The position numbers and the translations under genes were made by a program. 30,574 nucleotides of DNA. It comes from a virus (Duplodnaviria; Caudoviricetes). Each line of letters starts with the position of its first letter. The stretch's first letter is position 1. The notes beneath the pieces are model-generated. The model searched no databases, had not been told where the DNA came from, and saw nothing but the letters and a program-made list of their open reading frames with translations. Shown here piece by piece: positions 16,387 to 25,611 of this stretch. Location: the IMG/VR virus record IMGVR_UViG_3300012347_000187, positions 1 to 30,574 of that record; one strand, written 5' to 3'.

Positions 16387-16944
16387 TTAAATCACCAGAT
16401 GTTTGAAATAGTTAAAATGTTGTTCCAAGGTCCACGTCTTTTGGTCCACAGAACGCCCATCGTGTGTTTCAAATACTGCATCAAAAACTTGATAGTAGCG
16501 TTGAAACGGAATCCACATGTTAGGAGTTTTACTTGCCCAACCTGCGTCTTTGAGCATCATATGTTTAACGCGGCTCAATCTTACTGTAGGTGCATTAAGT
16601 GCTTGCTCTACAGTAATTGTGGTTGCTAACAGTAAGTCACGAATACGTGCAGCAGGGATCAAGTGTTCAAAATCACATTCTGCATCTGCACCAACTTCGT
16701 GATAGTGTGCTTTCATTCCATCACGTTGTTGGATACAATATTCGTGGTATCGACGTAGATATGTGTCTATGTCATTGCGAATCTCTCGCAACATCTGCTG
16801 ATCATTTTCTACAGCATGATACTCACTTACTAAGCGGGTAAGGTTGCGTGTGCAATACGCGGCCACAGTCTTGTAGGTATCAGCAGTGCGCTGAGTCTTG
16901 CCATAAACCGGAGCAACAAATTGTTCGAGAGATTCTTTTAACAT
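16387..16944 (-). CDS. Hypothetical protein with a DFEHLIP motif (His-Me/DUF1524-like?)
   Basis: EHxxP motif; starts 1 nt after the ParB-like gene stop. Confidence 0.55.
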   Translation of the reverse strand: MLKESLEQFVAPVYGKTQRTADTYKTVAAYCTRNLTRLVSEYHAVENDQQMLREIRNDIDTYLRRYHEYCIQQRDGMKAHYHEVGADAECDFEHLIPAARIRDLLLATTITVEQALNAPTVRLSRVKHMMLKDAGWASKTPNMWIPFQRYYQVFDAVFETHDGRSVDQKTWTLEQHFNYFKHLVI

Positions 16945-16945
16945 G

Positions 16946-17989
16946 TTATTCCTCTGGGAACAAGCCAGGTGCAGGATTGGTATTCACATCCATTGTAGCA
17001 CCAGCACCGTGGTAGGGCAAGTTCAATGAACCTCCGTTGCGGATGTGCAACTCGCGCATGAAGTTAGCCATTGCGCTCGGAGCACTCCAGGTAGCACCCG
17101 GATTCTTGTGCGCCCATTGCACTTTGGCTTTGGCGTGTACAAGTGCAGAACTCTTAAATGTGGGCTTAATGCTTTCAAGCAGAGTTTTCATCCAGCCCTT
17201 GGGCAGTTTGGTATTTGCACTAGTGCCGCTGATGCGATGCAGTTCGTACAAGCCAATAAACACACCTTGATCAATTTCTTCTTGCAGGGGAAATACATCC
17301 TTGATTGCACCAAGAATTTCGTGCAGGATTTTGCCGCTGTCATCAACTTCGATGCCCTTTTGTGCATACTTGAAGTGACTAAAGAAGTAGTCGTTTTCGC
17401 CACGCAGATTGTCGCTAGCACGTGAACCTTTGTCTTGCAAGTCAATACCTTGTGCATCAAATTGATCTTGCATGGTACGAGCGTCGACAACTTTAACATC
17501 GCGGCTACCGTTCTTGTAGCGCACCAGTGCATTACGGTGCAGGTCACCGGGAGTCAGGCGCTTAACACCGGTGTCGTTCAGCATTTCAAATGCATAGCTT
17601 GCAAAGTTCTTGTCGTCAGTTTCTACCACAGCGCAGGGCACAGAGTCAAAGCCCAAAATGGCGCTAGCAATAGTACGGTGTTGGCCGTCATACGTGTCGA
17701 TTCGGTCGGTGCCAATTAACTGGCAAGCAGAAACTGGGGAGCAAATGCGCGGATCCCACTTTTTCATGATGTTGATAATGTGCTTGTGCAATACATCACG
17801 CTGGACTTCGTAGTCAATCCAGAGATCGGCAATGGGTGTCATTGCAGTTGTGGGGAAAGTGTAGAGACTTGCGCGAGCACGGGTACGCCATGCGTCAAGT
17901 TCTTTTTGGGTTACGCCATAGTGTGCCTTGATTTGTTTTTCAACCTCAAGAGCAACATCAGTTAGTTTACGGGTAAGACGTTTTGCCAT
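16946..17989 (-). CDS. ParB/Srx-superfamily DGQHR-domain protein
   Basis: IDYEVQR, WDPR, YDGQHRT and F..LN motifs. Confidence 0.75.
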   Translation of the reverse strand: MAKRLTRKLTDVALEVEKQIKAHYGVTQKELDAWRTRARASLYTFPTTAMTPIADLWIDYEVQRDVLHKHIINIMKKWDPRICSPVSACQLIGTDRIDTYDGQHRTIASAILGFDSVPCAVVETDDKNFASYAFEMLNDTGVKRLTPGDLHRNALVRYKNGSRDVKVVDARTMQDQFDAQGIDLQDKGSRASDNLRGENDYFFSHFKYAQKGIEVDDSGKILHEILGAIKDVFPLQEEIDQGVFIGLYELHRISGTSANTKLPKGWMKTLLESIKPTFKSSALVHAKAKVQWAHKNPGATWSAPSAMANFMRELHIRNGGSLNLPYHGAGATMDVNTNPAPGLFPEE

Positions 17990-18065
17990 TCTTTTGTTCC
18001 TTTAAAACGGTGCGACATGCACCTGGGCATTAGCTGCTAGGTGCGATACCTAGCTAACTATCCGT

Positions 18066-18094
18066 ATTATAAGATTGATTTCTTTTTAGGTCAA
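18066..18094 (-). promoter_or_regulatory. Sigma70 promoter with a two-hairpin leader downstream
   Basis: TTGACC-17-TATAAT. Confidence 0.7.
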
Positions 18095-18582
18095 CTTGTG
18101 CAGGTTGCAAGCTCTTCAAAGCTACTAACGCGGTAGTCTTCAAACCAGCCGTAGGTGTCGCGTTGCTTTCTACTGTAATTAAAAAGTATACGTTCTTTGT
18201 GGCTGTTGTTTCCGTAACACGGACTGCGAACACGGTTTAATTGTGAACGCGGTACATAAAAGTAGTCCAGACTTCCTTTGAAGGGATTAAATGCAGTAAT
18301 GCGCAACGCACCAATTTTGGTTTCAACATTGCCGACCATTACTTGCCCGGTGTTTGCGTTTACTGTAGTAGTTTTACTGTCGCTAAAGTCGCTAAAGTCG
18401 TAACCTTCTGCGTCGACAAACTGGTAGCCTCCCACGGCCGCTAGTGTCTCCTCTACCAGGTGCTCAACATTAAAGTATCCCGGGCATTCCATGCCTACTC
18501 GTTGCATGTCTGCACTGTTCACAAACTTGGGGTGATGCTTGATAATAACATCACGCATAAGTACTAGTTCTTTGGTTATCAT
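18091..18582 (-). CDS. Hypothetical protein, possible minimal PD-(D/E)xK nuclease
   Basis: VEE helix, then GYDFSDFSDSK; TTGACA-16-TATAAT promoter at 18654-18681. Confidence 0.5.
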   Translation of the reverse strand: MITKELVLMRDVIIKHHPKFVNSADMQRVGMECPGYFNVEHLVEETLAAVGGYQFVDAEGYDFSDFSDSKTTTVNANTGQVMVGNVETKIGALRITAFNPFKGSLDYFYVPRSQLNRVRSPCYGNNSHKERILFNYSRKQRDTYGWFEDYRVSSFEELATCTS

Positions 18583-18677
18583 TTTCTTTCCTTTTACTCG
18601 TGCAATACGAGATCGGTTAAATTACTAACTGCACTATGCAATTAGTTAAGGGTATTATACAATGATAATCTTTATTG

Positions 18678-19049
18678 TCAAGTATTAATTTGTAGATTAT
18701 CTAAGTATTGCCCAAGATTGCCTGCGTGTAACTGTAGCATTATCGCATCTTGTTCACTGAATAATTCCAGTGCGTTGTTGCGTATGTAGTACGGGGCAGT
18801 AAACAGTCGTTCTAGTTGTAGAAGATGTTTGCTTTTAAACGGGTCAGTTAGCTTTACCGTATGACACGGCTGCTTTAGTGTATCTACAAAAAACTTCAGC
18901 CCAAAGTGTGTTAACCTTAGGCTGTTGGGGTTAGTGGGATTGCGCCACCAAACTTTAATCATTGCATCATAGTGGAGAGGATTTAGTCCTGCTTCGCCAA
19001 GAACTCGGTGCTGGTAATCGCGCCGTCTGTTAGGGATAGATTCGTTCAC
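18678..19049 (-). CDS. Hypothetical protein
   Basis: 123 aa; WWRNP...SLRLT..G. Confidence 0.7.
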   Translation of the reverse strand: MNESIPNRRRDYQHRVLGEAGLNPLHYDAMIKVWWRNPTNPNSLRLTHFGLKFFVDTLKQPCHTVKLTDPFKSKHLLQLERLFTAPYYIRNNALELFSEQDAIMLQLHAGNLGQYLDNLQINT

Positions 19050-19317
19050 CTTCTTTGAGTAAGACCACAGTAAATTTATCGGTCTTGAATAAACTGTTTA
19101 ATTTTTTACACAGGTTAATTGCGTGGCCTGGATTACTAAATGAGTTTTTGCGATACTTCGGCCCAGGATATGATACTAAAATATTACTAGTTTTTAAATT
19201 AATAGGTTTGCCGTCGTAATGAACTGCCCAGATTCCTTCGCTGGCCAATACCTGGTCTGCTTTGTAGGTTGTTTTGTTTACATGCTCAATGAGCACTGTT
19301 GGTTTAGGTCTTGACAT
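19030..19317 (-). CDS. Hypothetical protein
   Basis: 95 aa; MSRPKP...GPKY..SFSNPGHA; AAGGA SD. Confidence 0.75.
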   Translation of the reverse strand: MSRPKPTVLIEHVNKTTYKADQVLASEGIWAVHYDGKPINLKTSNILVSYPGPKYRKNSFSNPGHAINLCKKLNSLFKTDKFTVVLLKEGERIYP

Positions 19318-19362
19318 TCACTTATTCCTTGATATAGTTATTTATCTCAATAACTATGCAGT

Positions 19363-19581
19363 TTATTTGAAACCACCACCATCGACGCTGATTTGTACCA
19401 CGTCCGGGCCACTATTGTTTACTTGATTGCTTAATTCTGTTACGTGAGCAAGAATAGCAAAAATATCCGAGTGTAGGCTACGTGCATCTTGTGCGCTCAT
19501 TGTTAGTTCACGGCTTTGAGTCTGATTCATTGCTTTGACTCTTTCGTTGAAATTTTTTACGTGAATGCTGAGATTATCCAT
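19363..19581 (-). CDS. Hypothetical protein
   Basis: Likely start MDNLS at 19581. Confidence 0.65.
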   Translation of the reverse strand: MDNLSIHVKNFNERVKAMNQTQSRELTMSAQDARSLHSDIFAILAHVTELSNQVNNSGPDVVQISVDGGGFK

Positions 19582-20029
19582 GTCTGTGTTCCTGTAATTC
19601 TGCTTCGGTTTTGAACGGGCCAATAAACTCGTAGCGATTTAGTGTAATAAGCTTGGGGCAATATTCCTTGATCCAGCTGTTGTTAAATTTAATTAGATAG
19701 TATCCTGCACAGAAGTAACTACGACTCTTGGGACTGGTTGTGTAGATTGGCAATCGGCGAGCTACATCGTAGATTTCATTATGGCTATTGCCCTTGCACG
19801 GGAATCCGTATACATCTGAATTTTTGTTGGCCTTGCTTTTCTCAGCCTTGGCAAATTCAATGTTGTACTTTTTGCTAATCATTTTAATACTAGCAAAAGT
19901 CTCTCGAGTGTTATCGCGTACAAAGGAAAATCCGCCTTCCTCTACTGCCTGGATAGTGGCAACTTTATTGCCGTCTGACTCTACAATCCAGTACTTGTTT
20001 TTTACAACGGGCTTGGCTACTGCGTTCAT
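19574..20029 (-). CDS. Hypothetical protein
   Basis: 151 aa in a tightly packed operon. Confidence 0.7.
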   Translation of the reverse strand: MNAVAKPVVKNKYWIVESDGNKVATIQAVEEGGFSFVRDNTRETFASIKMISKKYNIEFAKAEKSKANKNSDVYGFPCKGNSHNEIYDVARRLPIYTTSPKSRSYFCAGYYLIKFNNSWIKEYCPKLITLNRYEFIGPFKTEAELQEHRHG

Positions 20030-20030
20030 T

Positions 20031-20306
20031 TTAGTTATCTTTCTTTAAACAGCTCATGGTAATAATTTTACCAATTTCAGCGCCGAGATCTCGGTCTTCG
20101 GTGACTATATGCAGCTCAGGTGAGTTCATTGAGTTACGTTGCATTACACTGATAATATAACCGCCTGTCGCAGGGGTAATACGAATATCAAAGCCTTGGT
20201 TAAATTCATGCTGTGGGCCAATTGAGTAGGTACCCCCTAGTGCAGCCCCTGGGCCATGATACCCGCCACCGATTGCACTGATCTGATTCATAGTTGCTTG
20301 GCTCAT
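20031..20306 (-). CDS. Hypothetical protein (paralogue of 20303-20587)
   Basis: PATGG...LHIV...IGKIITM. Confidence 0.65.
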   Translation of the reverse strand: MSQATMNQISAIGGGYHGPGAALGGTYSIGPQHEFNQGFDIRITPATGGYIISVMQRNSMNSPELHIVTEDRDLGAEIGKIITMSCLKKDN

Positions 20307-20587
20307 AGTCTAATCAATTCCATTGCAACAATTTGCCCAACACGATGTGCGACATCTTGTTCAGAGTCTGGGATAACATACGTCTTGTTGTTACTTTCGT
20401 CCTTGCGACGATCGTACACTCTCATCTGAATAATAGTGCCGCCTTCTGCCGGCATTACTGTGAAACGCATGCCTTCGATGTCCGGACCATCGTTTGCGCG
20501 AACAGTTAATTTACTACTACCCTCGGTTATAGATATATCTTGCGGGAAAATAAAGTTGTGCAGTCGTGTACGTAACCAATTAATCAT
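20303..20587 (-). CDS. Hypothetical protein (paralogue of 20031-20306)
   Basis: PAEGG...TYVI...VGQIVAM. Confidence 0.65.
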   Translation of the reverse strand: MINWLRTRLHNFIFPQDISITEGSSKLTVRANDGPDIEGMRFTVMPAEGGTIIQMRVYDRRKDESNNKTYVIPDSEQDVAHRVGQIVAMELIRL

Positions 20588-20933
20588 GTTTCTTATCCTC
20601 TTCTAATGTTAGTGCCTTCATAATCTCAAGGCGTTCGTATGCTTCTTTTAAGCCCGGATGTTTTTCCATCAAGGACTTTAGTTTAAATTCTTCATCGCGT
20701 TTGTGTTTGGCCCAGTCCAGCAATGATTCAGCTTCACCTGTTAGTCCAACACTTGCGCTGCCTGCATTAAGCATTATCCATTGGTTGCCATCGAACACTT
20801 CCATGGTTTGATTGCTGGTATTGTAGCGCATATTGCCTACTCCTTGCAAGCCACTGTAGCCATTTACATAAGTGCCGGCTGCACCTCCTGCTACGTGTAC
20901 GTAACGACCAGAGGGAAAAATATCTTTGATCAT
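20580..20933 (-). CDS. Hypothetical protein
   Basis: 117 aa; GNMRYN...EVFDGNQW. Confidence 0.65.
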   Translation of the reverse strand: MIKDIFPSGRYVHVAGGAAGTYVNGYSGLQGVGNMRYNTSNQTMEVFDGNQWIMLNAGSASVGLTGEAESLLDWAKHKRDEEFKLKSLMEKHPGLKEAYERLEIMKALTLEEDKKHD

Positions 20934-21307
20934 GCAAACACCATCCAGATAATAAACAAGTATGTTAGCTGATGCATCAGCTGATCAAACCCCAACCACA
21001 TCCAAAACTCAGGATGTTCGATGGTATAATTTTTCTTTTTGTTAATGTTGATTTTGGCCCAGTCAATGTGGTAGTGGCACACAAAGTCCACAAACGCTAG
21101 TACTGCCGCAAAGGCAATATAGTCAGTGCCAGTTATGCACAGGATCGCAAGCAAAGTTCCGATACCCTGCTTGGCACTATGATTGATGCCTGCTAGATCT
21201 CCATAGATGCCCTTGCTATGTACTTCTGCCATTGACTGATTAACAAAGTCAACATACCAGTGTTTGATTTGCAGTAACGCCAGCAACAACAATAGAGTTT
21301 CAATCAT
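20930..21307 (-). CDS. DUF3307-like membrane protein
   Basis: HW..DF..Q, H, HYHIDW.K, GFDQLMH with hydrophobic helices. Confidence 0.8.
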   Translation of the reverse strand: MIETLLLLLALLQIKHWYVDFVNQSMAEVHSKGIYGDLAGINHSAKQGIGTLLAILCITGTDYIAFAAVLAFVDFVCHYHIDWAKININKKKNYTIEHPEFWMWLGFDQLMHQLTYLFIIWMVFA

Positions 21308-21530
21308 GATTTAGTTTATCCCACATTAGTTCATTGTCATGTACATGAGCTACTAATTGTAAGTAGCCTTTGGCAATAGCAAAGTTGATTTGGTCGCGTA
21401 CTTGCCAGGGGCATTGGGGCAGAATATGTACCATAGCACGAGGATAGGTTGCAAATCCATCCACTAATGTAAAGTCTGCTTCGCCCTGCCTAATGGCACG
21501 AATAGTAGATTTGTGTTCAACGAATGTCAT
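21300..21530 (-). CDS. Hypothetical protein
   Basis: 76 aa; TAATG-coupled. Confidence 0.6.
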   Translation of the reverse strand: MTFVEHKSTIRAIRQGEADFTLVDGFATYPRAMVHILPQCPWQVRDQINFAIAKGYLQLVAHVHDNELMWDKLNHD

Positions 21531-21721
21531 TATGCGATCCCAAAGTGTTGTTTTAGTTCTATAGCAACTTCTACCATGCCGTTATTTTCTAACTTTTGAC
21601 AGCACTCACGCACAACTGCCGCACCAAACTTTTCTAATAGTTCTCCGCCAACACCAGGATAATGACTGCCGCCGGTCTCTAATGCAAGTTGAAAAAACTT
21701 TGGGTTTTTAATCTTACTCAT
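21530..21721 (-). CDS. Hypothetical protein
   Basis: Likely start MSKIK at 21721 (ATGA overlap, AAGGA SD). Confidence 0.6.
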   Translation of the reverse strand: MSKIKNPKFFQLALETGGSHYPGVGGELLEKFGAAVVRECCQKLENNGMVEVAIELKQHFGIA

Positions 21722-21894
21722 TGATATTCCTTGTTTAATGCTGCCCACGTTGCACTGTGCTGCTCTGCGATGTAATTTTGCGCTACCTTGAGCATAAACA
21801 CCGCATGTTCGTAACTTACAGGAATTACAACTTTATCGCCACGTTCAATTTCTTCAAGTAGAATAAGACGTTCATAATCAGTGTGCGGAATCAT
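21718..21894 (-). CDS. 58-aa hypothetical protein (missed by ORF track)
   Basis: MIPHTDYERLILLEEIERGDKVVIP...NKEYQ fills the gap exactly, with TAATG and ATGA overlaps. Confidence 0.6.
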   Translation of the reverse strand: MIPHTDYERLILLEEIERGDKVVIPVSYEHAVFMLKVAQNYIAEQHSATWAALNKEYQ

Positions 21895-22916
21895 TATGCG
21901 TTCCTTAATACGCTAGCTGTAGCTTCTACCTCTGGGTACTCTGCACTCAAGAATGCAACAAAGCCGTTAGCGTTTTCACTAACTCGTTTTAGATCAAACT
22001 TGCCGCACAGTTTCAAGAAGTGTGTGCCAATTTGCGGAGTTTTCTTAGGAACACTATTTGTGGCAATAGTCTCTGCAATCTGCACCTTAACCTCATCGGG
22101 CTGTGCGGTAAGGTCAACCAGGATACGATTTCGTTCATAATCATCCAGTACGCGATGCTCGTCGCCATTATGGTCGGTCCAACGTTGCAACATTAGATTG
22201 TTCCAAGAGAATCCTTTTTTGTCTTTGTCTTCAAACGCTTCTTGGAGTCCAATTTTGTTCTTAGAGCCCTTAGTTCTGACGCCAGGGTATGCAGAGAATA
22301 TGTTGTCACTGGGGTCACCGCGCATACATTTTTCGAAGAGGATCCATTTAGGGTCTGGAATAGTTTTTGGCGCTTTAGTCTTTTTATCTTGGACTGGCTT
22401 ACCGGCTTTGTCAAAGATGCCTTTGAGGGTATGGAGCTCATCTGCAATTCCGTTATATTGAGTTACATTTTCTGCCAGCAACTGGTGGAAGTCGCTGTCG
22501 CTTGACACGATCACGTGTTCATCGTGGGGGTGTGCTTGAATCCATCCTGCCACCAAGTCATCCGCTTCAAGGTTGGGGTGCTGGAGAACAGTACAATTGG
22601 ACTTTTCTGTGATAAACGCTTTGAGTTCATCAAAAGTTTCCCAAAAGAGTTTATCTTCTTCGGCTTGTGTTTCTGTAAGTGCTGCTCGCGCAACTGCACG
22701 GTTTTTCTTGTACGGCTCATAGTAGTCCTTGCGCCACGAACGACCTTCTAAACAGAAAACCACGTGGTTGGCTTTTTGTTCGCGCCAGGCTTTGGCAACT
22801 GATGCTAGGGTAACGTGTAGAGCAAAGCCGAGTTTGTCCCAAGTGTCACTTTGACGATGTGCTGCGTGTCGGGCACGGAAGAATGTGTTAGCGGTGTCTA
22901 CAATAAGATATTTCAT
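21894..22916 (-). CDS. T4 RNase H-like 5'-3' exonuclease (FEN family)
   Basis: LIVD..N, R...Y..YK.NR, EADD, SSDSDF.QL, GD.SDNI; start MKYLIVD at 22916. Confidence 0.9.
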   Translation of the reverse strand: MKYLIVDTANTFFRARHAAHRQSDTWDKLGFALHVTLASVAKAWREQKANHVVFCLEGRSWRKDYYEPYKKNRAVARAALTETQAEEDKLFWETFDELKAFITEKSNCTVLQHPNLEADDLVAGWIQAHPHDEHVIVSSDSDFHQLLAENVTQYNGIADELHTLKGIFDKAGKPVQDKKTKAPKTIPDPKWILFEKCMRGDPSDNIFSAYPGVRTKGSKNKIGLQEAFEDKDKKGFSWNNLMLQRWTDHNGDEHRVLDDYERNRILVDLTAQPDEVKVQIAETIATNSVPKKTPQIGTHFLKLCGKFDLKRVSENANGFVAFLSAEYPEVEATASVLRNA

Positions 22917-22933
22917 GTAGTAATAATAGCATA

Positions 22934-23671
22934 TTATGCTAATGCAGTCAATTGAGTTGTGAGATACTCTGCCCATTTTGCATGTGCATCTCTACCATAA
23001 TGGTAGTTGCCTTCTGCAACTGTACTAAAACCTGCGTTCTGTAGCCAGTAGTAATAGGTTAGATTTTGATTGTATGGATCAATGTAGCTGTTATGCCAAT
23101 TGTGTAGTCCGGGATTTTGATGCTGATCAGTAATTTGGTTTCGGCCAATTGGAGCAAAATCTGAATAGGTATTAAAGAACAAATGTCGTATACCACGAGC
23201 ACGTAGACTCATATGGAAACGATAGATCTCTTCATGCCAGTGAAGCATCTTGCGTTCACGTTCAGTATCGTCTTGGTTGATCACCCACTGTTTGTATTTA
23301 GTTTGCAATTCTGGGGGAACTTGATCGCGCCCGCTTGCGTTAACTTGATAGTACACATCCTTATGCAACCATTCTTCACGTTCCCATGTAGTCCATCCTA
23401 TTAGGATAAACAGGTCTTGAATTTTAGCAGTTTCTAAAAAGATTTCGGTAGTGCGAATAATACGGTCATTGCAGCCACCGCTTTCGGCTTGATTGACCCA
23501 ATCCCACCCCAATAACTTTGCAGCCTGTGCACCAAAACATTCTTGCAAGTTATCGCGATGCCCGTGTCTATGCGGGGTGTTAAAATGCCGGTCGCTATCA
23601 TTTGCAAAGCTAAACGGATTTGCAATGTCCGCGCCTGCGCTGTGACTATCGCCGTTTATGTAAAGGATCAT
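22934..23671 (-). CDS. SGNH-hydrolase-like protein
   Basis: N-terminal NGDSH, N.A..GG.N, C-terminal HYG..AH..WA. Confidence 0.6.
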   Translation of the reverse strand: MILYINGDSHSAGADIANPFSFANDSDRHFNTPHRHGHRDNLQECFGAQAAKLLGWDWVNQAESGGCNDRIIRTTEIFLETAKIQDLFILIGWTTWEREEWLHKDVYYQVNASGRDQVPPELQTKYKQWVINQDDTERERKMLHWHEEIYRFHMSLRARGIRHLFFNTYSDFAPIGRNQITDQHQNPGLHNWHNSYIDPYNQNLTYYYWLQNAGFSTVAEGNYHYGRDAHAKWAEYLTTQLTALA

Positions 23672-24006
23672 TTTGTGTTTAATGGTATGTCTTGTTTAAC
23701 AAGTGCTATAACTACACCTAGCTGTTCTAGCAAATCCTGCACAGCAGGAACATTGTGGTAAGTCCATGCATCATCTAAAATCTTTTGCAATTTGTATCGG
23801 TTTTCAAATGCTTGGTCTAGCTGGAACAAATAGGTATGACCGTCGCCCGTGAAACGCTGCATGTGTGCGCCACCGCCGTTAAGGGACATAGTAACTATTG
23901 CACTATCGCCAACCGACGGCGGCTGCGAAAAACTAACAGAACTACGGGTTGTTCTATAGTCAATGCCCGGCACCAGCTTTAGGCCATTTAAATGAACGTA
24001 TATCAT
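23668..24006 (-). CDS. Hypothetical protein
   Basis: LNG..L.PGIDY and FTGDG beta-rich motifs. Confidence 0.6.
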   Translation of the reverse strand: MIYVHLNGLKLVPGIDYRTTRSSVSFSQPPSVGDSAIVTMSLNGGGAHMQRFTGDGHTYLFQLDQAFENRYKLQKILDDAWTYHNVPAVQDLLEQLGVVIALVKQDIPLNTK

Positions 24007-24257
24007 TCTCTGTACGCAGGGTTAGGAAACTCTAGTGCAAACACATGATATGAGTTAAAACTAGCATCCGAGTCTTTGAGTAGTTCCAGTGTCCGGTTAT
24101 GTTCGGCTTCCTGTAGTGTGGTGTAGATACCTGAGCCGATGTAATTAGTACTTCCAGCCGGACTAGCGCCACATGCCGAAAAGTTTAGACCTGACTTAGT
24201 AGACATTCTAATCAACTGGTAGTACGTTAATGTCTTTGGTGGCTTAATAGATTCCAT
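24003..24257 (-). CDS. Hypothetical protein
   Basis: 84 aa; operonic. Confidence 0.6.
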   Translation of the reverse strand: MESIKPPKTLTYYQLIRMSTKSGLNFSACGASPAGSTNYIGSGIYTTLQEAEHNRTLELLKDSDASFNSYHVFALEFPNPAYRE

Positions 24258-24258
24258 A

Positions 24259-24795
24259 TTAGCTCACTGAAGTTTTGCCATTACCTAGATCTTCTTGTGT
24301 AGGGGCACGACCACCATTGGGTTGGTTAGCTGCCCATTGCTCATAGTTTTCGGCAATAACATTGCGGCAAACAGTCTGGAACCAACGGTCAACGATAATG
24401 CTTTCGTCTTCACCGGGCTTGCTTTGATAGCCAGCACGTACTAGGTTTGCAATAAACTTGTCGTTCCAGTCTAGTTCAAATGCACCATTGCCGATATTGT
24501 CCGGATCAAGCTCTACACTAACAATGCTGATATAAGGCTCACCGGCAGCATCCGCTAGCTCTTTAGCAGTCTTGCCTTTAACAGTTAGTTTAGCTTTTGG
24601 TGCTGCAACTTTCTTAGCTGGTGTCTTCTTGGGAGACATAGCCTTAGTCATTTTATTGATTGTTGCATCGCTTAGTTTACGCTTTGCTGTCTTTGGCGTA
24701 GGTTCTGCTACAGTCTTTTTAGCAACTGTTTTCTTTGCTACTGTCTTCTTTGCTGGTACTGCCTTTTTAGCAGCTACTGGTTTCTTTGTTGCCAT
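24259..24795 (-). CDS. Protein with a histone-H1/Hc2-like N-terminus and globular C-domain
   Basis: KKPVAAKKAVPAKKTVAKKTVAKKTVA repeats, then GAFELDWND...IVDRWF. Confidence 0.75.
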   Translation of the reverse strand: MATKKPVAAKKAVPAKKTVAKKTVAKKTVAEPTPKTAKRKLSDATINKMTKAMSPKKTPAKKVAAPKAKLTVKGKTAKELADAAGEPYISIVSVELDPDNIGNGAFELDWNDKFIANLVRAGYQSKPGEDESIIVDRWFQTVCRNVIAENYEQWAANQPNGGRAPTQEDLGNGKTSVS

Positions 24796-24796
24796 A

Positions 24797-25369
24797 TTAA
24801 TTTTCCTCTAATAGATAAACAGGGTCGGGGCCCACATCGCAAGTTAATGAGATTCTAGGATACATTGGAGTAGTTACTACTACATTATGCAGCTCTCTGA
24901 CACGCAATATTGTGGGCCCTGTTAGGGTAGTTGCTGATTCGAGCTTACAGTTTTCTGCTGTGTGGTATTCATATTTAACTCCGTTATTGAGCTTTTTAAT
25001 AATTGGGTCCCATTTTAACGGACTATAAAATCGGGTTTCGCTATGCTCGCAATTTAAAACTGGAAGGTTAATTCGTGCAGTAGGTGCAGGATACGAATAG
25101 GTGCTAGTATCAGCATGGTCGGCATGAATTTCGCCTACCGGACGAGTAACAATTAAAAAAGAAACGCGAAGCAAATCAAAACCTGCTGACTTAAATACAG
25201 GCGCTAGTGCATCATAACAAGGTTGATGTTTTATTCTAGACAATGTGTTCCAGAAGAAGCTCTGCTTATTTAAGAACTGTGTATGATCTTTCACATACGT
25301 GTATACTTGCTCGGTGGCTGATTTCCATCCGTCAAGTTCTATACTCTTGTGATAAATCATTACACTCAA
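24797..25369 (-). CDS. Cupin/2OG-Fe(II)-oxygenase-like protein
   Basis: IHAD...RINLPVLNC...LHNVV...RISLT. Confidence 0.6.
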   Translation of the reverse strand: MSVMIYHKSIELDGWKSATEQVYTYVKDHTQFLNKQSFFWNTLSRIKHQPCYDALAPVFKSAGFDLLRVSFLIVTRPVGEIHADHADTSTYSYPAPTARINLPVLNCEHSETRFYSPLKWDPIIKKLNNGVKYEYHTAENCKLESATTLTGPTILRVRELHNVVVTTPMYPRISLTCDVGPDPVYLLEEN

Positions 25370-25611
25370 TTCCCTTTAATCTTAAAGATAAGATGTTCCA
25401 TCTTATCGTGCCAGCGATGATCTATAATAGGTTCGCCCGGACCAGTTAGTACACTAGTACCACGATACGCATACTCTAGCCACAAGCGGCGCCCAGTTAG
25501 GTCACACTCCTGTGGCCACCACGCAAACTTTAGTTGCCATCCGACACAACGGCGATAAAACCAGCCATCGTCAAATTCAACTCGGTTGCGTTTGTATGCG
25601 TAGCCTGCCAT
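25366..25611 (-). CDS. Trp-rich hypothetical protein
   Basis: TAATG-coupled to queE; start 25611. Confidence 0.6.
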   Translation of the reverse strand: MAGYAYKRNRVEFDDGWFYRRCVGWQLKFAWWPQECDLTGRRLWLEYAYRGTSVLTGPGEPIIDHRWHDKMEHLIFKIKGN

